A DNA stretch of 33,875 nucleotides from an uncultured Lachnospiraceae bacterium (GCA_902796405.1 CADBOY010000036.1:1-33875), one strand, 5' to 3'. Positions 16,509 to 24,070 are shown, counted from the first letter of the stretch. The notes: a model not told the origin generated them from the sequence alone. A program made the numbers and translations.

Positions 16509-18044
16509 TCAGGTAGAAGGTTCCAGACGAATCACCGAAGAGTGGAACAGATAGGGGTAGATCACTTCCGAATTTTCAACTGGATTTCCCGTCTTATGCT
16601 CGTACTTTCGCTCGAACAGCTCCAGCATCCGGATGGAAAGCTTCATATAATCCCGGTTGTAAACCTCATCCAGATCACAGGTGAGATGCTCATCAAGCTT
16701 CCGCAGCCGGTAAATCAGTGTGTTCCGGTGAATATAGAGCTTGGATGATGTCTTGCTCTGAGACCGCTCATTGTTCAGATATTCTTTCAGCGTATCAAAC
16801 AGCTGATCCTTATCATCGATCTTCATCTTCCAGAGCTGCGCGATATCCGGATGCAGCGCCAGGAAAGCCTCGCCGAGCGAGGAAGATTCCATGATATACT
16901 CCATTGCATAATCATAAAACCGGAAATATCTCTGTTCCGGATTCAGGAGCTGCCCGTAACGGATCGCCGCAAGCGCCTGATCGTACAGCGCGCGCAGGCT
17001 GAAGATACTGGCACAGGTCAGACTGGTCCCCACCAGTAGATGATTCCGCTCGGCAAAAGCTTCGATAGAATCATCCTGGCTCTGCTGACATTTCGAGATA
17101 TTACAGATCAGAATGACTTTTCCTTCCCGCCGGAAGGGCTCAGAACCCGGGACCTGATCCTTCAGTGTATTGGCAATCAGCCATTCATTCTGTTCATTCG
17201 GATGGGAAGCGGATTCGGGGAAGGCGAACACAAGGACCTGATAATCATCCTTCTCCTCCCAGTGATAGTATCTGAGCTGACTGTTCACCAGATCCGGTGA
17301 AACCTGCGCTCCGGTGAGCATACTCTCCAGAGCATTCAGATTCGGGAGAGCCCTCCCGCTCTGTCCCTCTTCTTCGTACATCGGAAGGCGAAGAATATTC
17401 CCCAGAAGATCCATCACCTGATAATCACCCGGATTCACCTGCCGCGACTTTTCCAGGAGAGTAAGCCTCCCGCAGAAGATGTCATGCACCCGGAGCTGAA
17501 TACTGATGCCGGGAGTCTGGGCGCATTCCGCCGGGCGGAAATGCTGGGTTCCGTCAAGCAGAAGATGCTTATACCAGACGCCGCTGAACTGATTCAGCGC
17601 CGTGACGGAGCAGTATCCCCGGGTTTTCAGGTACTGCCATTCCTCATCCACTTCGTCCTCACTGTACTGGCTGCTGATCCCGAGCACCCGGTAATTGCCA
17701 TTGATCAGAATCAGCGGATTATGGAAAACCGGATAGCAGAAATTGATTACCTGCGCGTAATCGTGATTGCGCACATACTCCTGTATCGTGGCAAACCAGT
17801 CATCGTAGTAATCAAAGGCGTCCTGACAGACCTCGACTACCTCGTTGACGTCAAGATCGTGAAACCGGATCGTATCTGCACCGCCCACACACACCACGTC
17901 ATCTCCATCCGGCTGAACCACGACGCAGTTCGTGGAATAGGCCTTGCGCGCACTGCGAAAGAGCCGCGGTGCATCATCCCGGATGTGAAGTTCCGGCTCC
18001 AGAGCTTCCAGACGATTGGCTAACATCCACATACTGATTCTCAT
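16509..18044 (-). CDS. PucR/CdaR-family transcriptional regulator
   Basis: There is a C-terminal PucR-type HTH (SKTSSKLYIHRNTLIYRLRKLDEHL). The 511-aa length is typical. GC is about 47% in two hand-counted 60-nt lines, lower than the neighbouring genes. Confidence 0.8.
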   Translation of the reverse strand: MRISMWMLANRLEALEPELHIRDDAPRLFRSARKAYSTNCVVVQPDGDDVVCVGGADTIRFHDLDVNEVVEVCQDAFDYYDDWFATIQEYVRNHDYAQVINFCYPVFHNPLILINGNYRVLGISSQYSEDEVDEEWQYLKTRGYCSVTALNQFSGVWYKHLLLDGTQHFRPAECAQTPGISIQLRVHDIFCGRLTLLEKSRQVNPGDYQVMDLLGNILRLPMYEEEGQSGRALPNLNALESMLTGAQVSPDLVNSQLRYYHWEEKDDYQVLVFAFPESASHPNEQNEWLIANTLKDQVPGSEPFRREGKVILICNISKCQQSQDDSIEAFAERNHLLVGTSLTCASIFSLRALYDQALAAIRYGQLLNPEQRYFRFYDYAMEYIMESSSLGEAFLALHPDIAQLWKMKIDDKDQLFDTLKEYLNNERSQSKTSSKLYIHRNTLIYRLRKLDEHLTCDLDEVYNRDYMKLSIRMLELFERKYEHKTGNPVENSEVIYPYLFHSSVIRLEPST

Positions 18045-18114
18045 GACGGGTTCGTTCCCCCTTACGAAACGTCCAGCCGCACCTTTTGTCTCCTGCGGCG
18101 AAATATAAGATATC

Positions 18115-18134
18115 GTTATTAGTAGTTATTAGTA
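18115..18134. repeat. 2 x 10-bp direct repeat GTTATTAGTA overlapping the PucR promoter
   Basis: Two adjacent gttattagta units at 18115-18124 and 18125-18134 on the plus strand. Confidence 0.8.
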
Positions 18135-18139
18135 TAACA
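18131..18139 (-). promoter_or_regulatory. Candidate extended -10 promoter (TGtTATACT) of the PucR-type regulator gene
   Basis: The minus strand reads atatgTTATACTaat, about 85 nt upstream of ATG 18044 and downstream of the URO-D-like gene terminator. Confidence 0.45.
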
Positions 18140-18164
18140 TATATTCCTGTGAGTTTCTGCACGC

Positions 18165-18197
18165 AAAAAGACATGTCAGCTGGGCCGACATGTCTTT
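18165..18197 (-). terminator. Intrinsic terminator of the URO-D-like gene
   Basis: The minus strand reads AAAGACATGTC-ggcccagct-GACATGTCTTT followed by TTgcg, giving an 11-bp stem and a 5-U run. It sits 50 nt after the stop. Confidence 0.75.
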
Positions 18198-18246
18198 GGG
18201 GCCTGCGCAGCAGGAGTTCCGGATGTTCTGGAGTCTGCCCGCACGT

Positions 18247-19326
18247 TTAACTTCTGTGATACAGCTTGTTGTAGTATTCGAGGGAATAATGGTACAGCTC
18301 ATCCATCGCGGCCTGCTGCTGTCTGGGATCGGCCACTTTCAGCAGGCTGGCCAGCATGCGGCCGTGCCTGCCGTAGTGATCCACGAAATCCCGGACATAG
18401 CGCCGCGTCTCCTCTTCGCTGATGCCCGCAGGGATGTCCACGTCGAAGGCAAACGACAGCTTATCGTTGTACTTATAGAGCTCGTCATAAGGATTGGCGC
18501 GGTGCTGCGGACACCAGTAGTCGATCCCCATCTCCACCATCTCGGGGATGTACTGAATGTTTCTGCCGCAGGAGTGAAGCTCAATGAATTTCCCCTGCTT
18601 TTTCACCCAGCTGAGAAACTTCTTCTCATGCGGCATCAGCTGCTCGTCAAACATCTGGTTTGAGAAGAATCCCGACCGCTCCGTGCCCCAGTCGTCGTGA
18701 TAGAGGACACCGTCAATCCGGCCATAGTACTGGAAGACCTTCTGCGTCGTCTCGATCTTATAGTCTGCCATCCTGTCGAAGAACTCATCCAGAAGCTCAG
18801 GCTCCTCATAGAACGCGATCAGCGATTCATCAAAAGGGATCAGCTCATGCAGACGCTCAAAGATCCCCTCCGTGCACTCGTAGATATGAACCCGCTCCGG
18901 ATCCAGATTTCTCTGGATTTTCTTCCCGTCGGTCTCAAAATCCACCTCGGAGATATCCGGCCACTCCAGTTCATCCTTCCACCGGGAGAAATCGGATATG
19001 GTCCGCGTTCCGGGCTTCGTGATCATCCCGCCGGCGGAATCCACCATCTGCCAGTAGACGCCCCACCAGTCATAGCCGGTGACTTCCGGGACCGGATGCT
19101 CCTCGATGGTGTCCGGCCACACGATGCAGCTTTCCTGAAAATAACAAGGCATCCAGTACGGCTGATTCCCGGTCACGGCGCGAATGTAATTCTCCTTCAC
19201 CGGGATCACCCGCTTTGGCATCGGTGGTTTGGGCATCTGCACCAGCGCCGGGAATGTCCCCGGCACCGTCCAGCTCTTCGAATAATCCCGCTCCGATGCG
19301 CGCTTCATAAATCTGCCTACCGCCAT
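18247..19326 (-). CDS. Uroporphyrinogen-decarboxylase (URO-D) fold protein, MtaA/CmuA-like family
   Basis: The track ORF starts at GTG 19335. ATG 19326 is preferred because AAGGAG lies 8 nt upstream. At 359 aa it has the (beta/alpha)8-type pattern, with IELHSCGRN late in the sequence as in URO-D-like methyltransferases. The family call is from memory. Confidence 0.65.
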   Translation of the reverse strand: MAVGRFMKRASERDYSKSWTVPGTFPALVQMPKPPMPKRVIPVKENYIRAVTGNQPYWMPCYFQESCIVWPDTIEEHPVPEVTGYDWWGVYWQMVDSAGGMITKPGTRTISDFSRWKDELEWPDISEVDFETDGKKIQRNLDPERVHIYECTEGIFERLHELIPFDESLIAFYEEPELLDEFFDRMADYKIETTQKVFQYYGRIDGVLYHDDWGTERSGFFSNQMFDEQLMPHEKKFLSWVKKQGKFIELHSCGRNIQYIPEMVEMGIDYWCPQHRANPYDELYKYNDKLSFAFDVDIPAGISEEETRRYVRDFVDHYGRHGRMLASLLKVADPRQQQAAMDELYHYSLEYYNKLYHRS

Positions 19327-19456
19327 GCTCCTCACTCCTTTACTTCATCATCCCTCTGCCTGGATCGCAGCAGGCTGAACCTGAATGTCAGAAAGCCACC
19401 TTTCCGCATTATGCCAACACGGCACAATGCGGGCAGCGGCGATGGATTGGGTTAGC

Positions 19457-19632
19457 CTATGATAATTACGGATCGTTCCACGCTTCGCGTTCTCACGATC
19501 CTCCCGGCATTCGCATTCTCGTGCTGCTTCGCGGCACTTCATGCTCATGTCGGGGCGTGTCTTAAAATCACCCGCCCACTTTTGTGCAGGCACAACGTGG
19601 GCTGTGATTTTAATCCACTGTAATTATCATAG
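19457..19632 (-). ncRNA. Candidate structured RNA or palindromic element (unclassified), a 176-nt four-way junction
   Basis: P1 is a 13-bp perfect stem, 19457-19469 with 19620-19632. Three internal hairpins span 19470-19501, 19503-19554 and 19557-19618. Together they give 64 bp by hand, and the junction linkers are 0/1/2/1 nt. The strand assignment is tentative; see the findings. Confidence 0.4.
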
Positions 19633-19697
19633 TTTAGATAGTCAGAACCGATAACGTGCAGTTTGTACAAAGAAAAAGGGGAGAAAAATAAGAGGAA

Positions 19698-20702
19698 TTA
19701 GGCAGAAAAGTCTCCCGCCTGGTTCATGCTGATACGGAGCAGTCTTCGCATGTCTTCCGGGAGCGGTGCCGTCAGGCTGATGGGAGCACCGGTAAATGGC
19801 TGCCGGAAAGTCAGGGATACGGCGTGGAGTGCGGCTCGCCCAATCAGGTCACTGGTGCCGCCGTACATCACATCCCCGAGCAGCGGATGCCCGATCGCCG
19901 CCATATGCGCGCGGATCTGGTGCATCCGTCCGGTATCGATGCGGACACGGATAAAAGTGACTCCGGAAGACGAAGCAGCTTCAGCGGGCTGCTGCAGTTC
20001 TGGCTCCGGGCAGGCACGGAAGAGGGCCTCTTCTTCCTCTGGAGAGAGAACCTGGTAATGCGTCACCGCGTATTTTCCTTCGTCGGAGATGATGACGCGG
20101 CAGACATTATCCGGATCCCGGTGGATCGGCAGATCGATGGTTCCCGTCTTCTGCGGGAGCGTACCGGTAACGGCAGCAATATACTCTTTGCGCAGGAGTT
20201 TCCGCTCCCGCTGGCGGACCAGCCGTCCTGCGGCAACCTGGTTTTTCGAGAACAGAATCACGCCGGAGGTCGCCGCATCCAGACGGCCAGCGGCACGCAC
20301 GCGAATCATCTCCTGCTTCTGGCTGAAGTAATAGAGAAGCATATTGACCAGAGTGTCATCCTGGTGCATGCCGGCCGGATGAGTGGGAACACCAGCGGCC
20401 TTGTTCACGGCGATCAGATCCTCGTCCTCATAGAGGATATCCAGAGGTGCCGGATTCAGCGCAATTGGTTTTCCTTCTTTCGCGGAAGACTCAAGCTCCA
20501 CCTCTACTATATCTCCGGGAACAAGCCGGTACGTGACATATTTCTTCTCCCCGTTCACGAGGATGCCGCGCGGGCGGTACTTGAGCTGGCGGATCTGCCG
20601 CCTGGTAAGGCCTGCCGTCAGGCGGAGATAATCACCGAGGATCACTGGAGCCGTCGCCATCAGGCGCAGAGTACGCTGATCCGGTCTGCTGTTTTCTGTC
20701 AT
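19698..20702 (-). CDS. RluA-family (RluD-like) 23S rRNA pseudouridine synthase
   Basis: There is an S4-like N-terminus (LTRRQIRQLKYRPRGILVNGE), the catalytic block GRLDAATSGVILFSKN, and TGRMHQIRAH. It has a roughly 25-aa acidic/Pro insert before the last block. The start overlaps the ispD stop (ATGA). Confidence 0.85.
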   Translation of the reverse strand: MTENSRPDQRTLRLMATAPVILGDYLRLTAGLTRRQIRQLKYRPRGILVNGEKKYVTYRLVPGDIVEVELESSAKEGKPIALNPAPLDILYEDEDLIAVNKAAGVPTHPAGMHQDDTLVNMLLYYFSQKQEMIRVRAAGRLDAATSGVILFSKNQVAAGRLVRQRERKLLRKEYIAAVTGTLPQKTGTIDLPIHRDPDNVCRVIISDEGKYAVTHYQVLSPEEEEALFRACPEPELQQPAEAASSSGVTFIRVRIDTGRMHQIRAHMAAIGHPLLGDVMYGGTSDLIGRAALHAVSLTFRQPFTGAPISLTAPLPEDMRRLLRISMNQAGDFSA

Positions 20703-21523
20703 GCGCCCTGCCCCCTCCCGGACGCCTGCAGGAAGCTTTCCGCAAGGATCCGGTCTTCCGGTGTGGTCACCTTGAGATTCGTGTAATCCGCTTCCACCAG
20801 CCGGACTGGTACTCCAGCAAGCTCCAGCAGGCTGCAGTCATCCGTAATTCCGGGCGATGTACCGTATTTCCGGTGTGCCGCAAGAAGGACTTCCCGGTGA
20901 AAGCACTGCGGGGTCTGCACGATCCAGGTATGCGCGCGATCCGTCGTCTGCGTCACGAGACCGCGGTCATCGCTGATCTTGATGGTATCCTTGGAGCGGA
21001 CTGCGGCAGTACAGCCGGCAAATTCCGACATCGTTTCGATACAGCGGGTCACGTAGGAATCCCGGATCATCGGGCGGGCTCCATCCTGGATCAGGACGAT
21101 GTCCCCGTTCGCCGCGTTCAGCCCATGCAGGACCGACTCCTGTCTTGTGCTCCCTCCGGAAGTCATCCGAACCGGGACGCGAGAGGCATCCGCTGCCTTC
21201 TCTGCATCCGCCTGTTCTCCGGTTTTCGTCCGGACCGGAATGCGTAACGCATCCGCTGCCTTCTCTGCATCCGCCTGCTCTCCGGCTCCCGTCCGGACCG
21301 AATGACAGACCGCATCCACGATCGCCTGCGCTTTTGCCCATTCGCTGTCTTTCACTACCAGAATGCATTCATCCACATAGGAATTCCGCACGAGCACCTC
21401 GAGGCTGTACTGCAGAATCGGCTTACCGCAGATCCTGACGTAAACCTTGTTTTCCGCTGCGCCGAACCGCGTCCCGCTTCCGCCCGCCAGCAGAATGGCG
21501 GTCACCTTCCGGTTCTGAAACAT
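20699..21523 (-). CDS. ispD: 2-C-methyl-D-erythritol 4-phosphate cytidylyltransferase
   Basis: Motifs seen are LLAGGSGTRFG, NKVYV, GGSTRQESV and VLIQDGARP. It carries an internal 42-aa tandem-repeat insert. Confidence 0.9.
   Translation of the reverse strand: MFQNRKVTAILLAGGSGTRFGAAENKVYVRICGKPILQYSLEVLVRNSYVDECILVVKDSEWAKAQAIVDAVCHSVRTGAGEQADAEKAADALRIPVRTKTGEQADAEKAADASRVPVRMTSGGSTRQESVLHGLNAANGDIVLIQDGARPMIRDSYVTRCIETMSEFAGCTAAVRSKDTIKISDDRGLVTQTTDRAHTWIVQTPQCFHREVLLAAHRKYGTSPGITDDCSLLELAGVPVRLVEADYTNLKVTTPEDRILAESFLQASGRGQGA
21173..21298 (-). repeat. 2 x 63-nt in-frame tandem repeat inside ispD
   Basis: The units are 21173-21235 and 21236-21298, with 54/63 nt identical by hand alignment. 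They encode VRTGAGEQADAEKAADALRIP and VRTKTGEQADAEKAADASRVP. Confidence 0.9.
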
Positions 21524-21530
21524 GCTCTGA

Positions 21531-22022
21531 TCATCCCTTCACCGTGAAATCCGCCGTCTTTCCCCGTGCCGCGCGGATCAGATCATCCGGAGCAAGCTCC
21601 AGCTGAAGGCCGAGTGCACCGCCGCTGACAAAGACCGTGTCCAGCTCACAGATGGACTCCTCGAAGAAAGTCGGGAACTGTTTCTTCATTCCAATGGAAG
21701 TGCAGCCGCCCCGGACATATCCGGTGAGCGGCGTCAGCTCCTTCAACGGAAGCATCTCAACCGATTTTTCGCCGGCGACCTTCGCCGCTTTCTTGAAATC
21801 AATCTCGTCATCGATCGGAAGGACGAATACATAGTGCTGCCGGCTCTTTCCAACCGTCACCAGTGTCTTGTACACCCTGGCATGATCCTGACCCAGGCGG
21901 TCAGCCACCTCCGCGCCATCCGTGAACTCCGTGCACTCATAGGTGTGCGGGGTGTACGCAATCTTCGCGCGGTCCAGCTGACGCATGGCATTGGTCTTGA
22001 TCTCTTTTTCTTTCTTTGACAT
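21531..22022 (-). CDS. ybaK: Cys-tRNA(Pro)/Cys-tRNA(Cys) deacylase, YbaK/EbsC family
   Basis: At 163 aa it has TNAMRQLDRAKIAY and the GGCTSIGMKK block typical of YbaK. AAGGAAG SD. It sits 12 nt after ispE and 7 nt before ispD. Confidence 0.85.
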   Translation of the reverse strand: MSKKEKEIKTNAMRQLDRAKIAYTPHTYECTEFTDGAEVADRLGQDHARVYKTLVTVGKSRQHYVFVLPIDDEIDFKKAAKVAGEKSVEMLPLKELTPLTGYVRGGCTSIGMKKQFPTFFEESICELDTVFVSGGALGLQLELAPDDLIRAARGKTADFTVKG

Positions 22023-22034
22023 ATCTTCTTCCTT

Positions 22035-22901
22035 TTATTCCCATTCGTTCAGCGTCTCACAGCGGAACACGCGGCAGCCCGGCAGGTTCCGCAGTGCCAC
22101 AAAGGCAAGGTCCCGCTGCTGCGCCCCGTCAAAGAGGCCAAACACGGCGGATCCGGATCCGGTCATCCGGCTGCCGAGCGCTCCAGCCCGGCGCAGCCGC
22201 GTAAGCAGGTCCTGGATCCGGCCCTGCTCCGGCACCACAGTTTCAAACTCATTGGTCAGGCAGGCCGCAGCGGCTGCGGCATCATCCGCCTCCAGCGCTG
22301 CGACCATCTGCTGCGTCTTCCTGTCCTCCGGCTTTGTGCCAGCCGCGCCCCCGTCGATCTTCGCGTACATCTCTCCCGTTCGGAAGGAGAGATCCGGTTT
22401 GATCACCAGCAGCGGAAAATGGGCCTGCGTCCGAATATTCGTCAGCTGCTCCCCAATGCCGCGGCCCAGGGTCGCGTGGCGGAACAGGCAGGCGGGGACA
22501 TCCGCTCCAAGTCTGGCTCCGATTTCAATCAGCCCCGACGGGCCAAGGCCCAGTCCGAAATGCCGATCCATAAAGGCGAGAAGTGCGGCACAATCGGTAC
22601 TTCCGCCGCCCATACCTGCTCCGGACGGGATGTGCTTGTCCAGACGGACGTCGAGGCCGCGCACCTGTCCCGGGAACCGCTCAGCCAGTGCGCGGTACCC
22701 CCGGCAGACGAGATTATCCTCGGTTTCCAAAGCAGAAACCGAGCAGGAAAAGTTCAGCCGGTCCTCGACATTATCTGTGATCCAAAGCTCATCCGCCAGC
22801 GTCACCGGCTGAAAGATCAGCTCAAGATCATGATAGCCATCCGGCCGGCGGCCGGTCACATACAGGGTCAGATTGATCTTTGCCGGAGCCTCAATCTTCA
22901 T
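22035..22901 (-). CDS. ispE: 4-diphosphocytidyl-2-C-methyl-D-erythritol kinase
   Basis: The track ORF 22035..23297 is trimmed to ATG 22901 (MKIEAPAKINLTLYVTGRRPDGYHDL). The GHMP motif is IPSGAGMGGGSTDCAA. Confidence 0.9.
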   Translation of the reverse strand: MKIEAPAKINLTLYVTGRRPDGYHDLELIFQPVTLADELWITDNVEDRLNFSCSVSALETEDNLVCRGYRALAERFPGQVRGLDVRLDKHIPSGAGMGGGSTDCAALLAFMDRHFGLGLGPSGLIEIGARLGADVPACLFRHATLGRGIGEQLTNIRTQAHFPLLVIKPDLSFRTGEMYAKIDGGAAGTKPEDRKTQQMVAALEADDAAAAAACLTNEFETVVPEQGRIQDLLTRLRRAGALGSRMTGSGSAVFGLFDGAQQRDLAFVALRNLPGCRVFRCETLNEWE

Positions 22902-23011
22902 ATGGCTTTCCCTTTCTCCGGCTTTCGCCGGTTCGTCCGCTCCGCACGCCAGCGGCTGACAGAGCGCAGCCGGCAGACAGCCAGGCCCCGCTCTCCGGCA
23001 TTTCCGCCGGC

Positions 23012-23536
23012 TTACCTTTCCTCCTGCTCTGCCGTCAGCACTGCGAATACGCTGACGCCCAGGCCCTGTCCGAATGAAGTGAGACCTTCTCCGGTGGTCG
23101 CGGTGATGCCCACGCTGCCGGCAGTCAGCCCCATCAGCGCGCCGATGGTTTCCCGCATCTCTTCGACCTTCGGCGCGATCTTCGGGCGTGCGGCTTCGAT
23201 CGTGATGGACAGATGAACCGGATGGCAGCCCATCGCGGCAAGATCGGCCATGGCCACCTTCAGATACTCCCGGCTGTCCGTGATGCCGCTCCGGCACATC
23301 TGATCTGCCACAGAGCCAAGGATATTCCGGCAGGTAATCCCTGAGACGGCATTGGTCACGGCATGCAGTACAACGTCTCCATCACTGTTGGCGTCAAATG
23401 CGGGCGCCGTTTCAAACGGCACGCCGCCCAGCACGCAGGCTTTGTCTCTGCTCTGCTCCCCAGCCGGGCATTTGCTGCTTTGCTCTGGCGGATTAGCGAA
23501 ACGGTGACTGTCCTGTCCAATGGCAACCTTAATCAT
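23012..23536 (-). CDS. ispF: Divergent 2-C-methyl-D-erythritol 2,4-cyclodiphosphate synthase (IspF/YgbB fold)
   Basis: The start is at ATG 23536 (MIKVAIGQDSHRF), overlapping the aroK stop by 8 nt. Blocks IGQDSH, SDGDVVLHA and ATTGEGLTSFGQGLGV align to IspF, but with substitutions and an insert (see findings). Confidence 0.7.
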   Translation of the reverse strand: MIKVAIGQDSHRFANPPEQSSKCPAGEQSRDKACVLGGVPFETAPAFDANSDGDVVLHAVTNAVSGITCRNILGSVADQMCRSGITDSREYLKVAMADLAAMGCHPVHLSITIEAARPKIAPKVEEMRETIGALMGLTAGSVGITATTGEGLTSFGQGLGVSVFAVLTAEQEER

Positions 23537-24053
23537 GGCTTTCCTCCCCGGCGGCATACCGGTATACCTCCGCCGCGATATCCTCCGCGCTTCGGCCGTC
23601 CGTCTCCACCACGGCATCTGCTGCCGCCAGATAAGCCGGCCTCCGCTCAGCCATTAGCTCCGCGATATATTCGGTGTTCATATGACCGTTCAGAAGCGGG
23701 CGGCTGGTACTCCCCTTTACCCGCTCCAAGATGGTATCCGGCTGGGCGGTGAGAAGGATCACGATACCGTTCTTCTTCATCAGTTCCACGTTCTCACGGC
23801 GCAGCGCCATGCCCCCGCCGCAGGATATCACGGTATCTCCGGTCAGCGCGAGCTCCCGCAGAAGTTCTGTCTCCATGCAGCGGAAAGCCTCTTCTCCCTG
23901 CCTGGAAAAGATCTCCCGGACCGGCATGCCTTCCCGCTCTTCAATCCGACGGTCTGTCTCCGTATGCCGGTAGTGATACTTCTTCTCCAGTGCTCCTGCG
24001 ATGGTGGTCTTTCCGCTTCCCATGAAACCGATCAGATAGATATTCTTCGCCAT
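23529..24053 (-). CDS. aroK: Shikimate kinase
   Basis: The start is at ATG 24053 (MAKNIYLIGFMGSGKTT), with GAGG 7 nt upstream. Walker A is present, along with TETDRRIEEREGMPVREIF and ISCGGG blocks. Confidence 0.9.
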   Translation of the reverse strand: MAKNIYLIGFMGSGKTTIAGALEKKYHYRHTETDRRIEEREGMPVREIFSRQGEEAFRCMETELLRELALTGDTVISCGGGMALRRENVELMKKNGIVILLTAQPDTILERVKGSTSRPLLNGHMNTEYIAELMAERRPAYLAAADAVVETDGRSAEDIAAEVYRYAAGEESHD

Positions 24054-24070
24054 AGCCATTCCTCGCCGCA

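Noticed and set aside
19456-19464. The 9-mer TATCATAGG is shared between the 3' arm of the element (minus strand) and the esterase promoter candidate (31636-31644). The related palindrome CTATCATGATAG occurs at 1794-1805.
   Set aside because: A given 9-mer recurs by chance in about 68 kb of two-strand sequence with a probability around 0.25. I kept this only as a hint that the arms could double as -10-like boxes.
19348-19593. An 81-aa minus-strand ORF (GTG start) running through the structured element.
   Set aside because: It starts inside a hairpin with no SD. Its sequence is Cys/Arg/Glu-rich (CREAARECECREDRENAKRG). Extensive base pairing explains the region better than coding does.
19457-19632. 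Cobalamin riboswitch, integron attC site or MITE as the identity of the 176-nt element.
   Set aside because: For cobalamin, only vague resemblances exist (CCACTGTAA and AGTCAGAAC on the plus strand), there is no GGGAA or B12-box context, and no plus-strand gene lies downstream. For attC, the flanks do not fit GTTRRRY/RYYYAAC and there is no integrase. For a MITE, I saw no clear target-site duplication and no second copy in the window. None of these can be fully excluded without searches.
22902-23297. A 132-codon N-terminal extension of the ispE ORF (track ORF 22035..23297).
   Set aside because: The extension overlaps the 3' end of ispF in another frame and is His/Arg/Gly-rich. IspE homology starts exactly at MKIEAPAKINL (ATG 22901).
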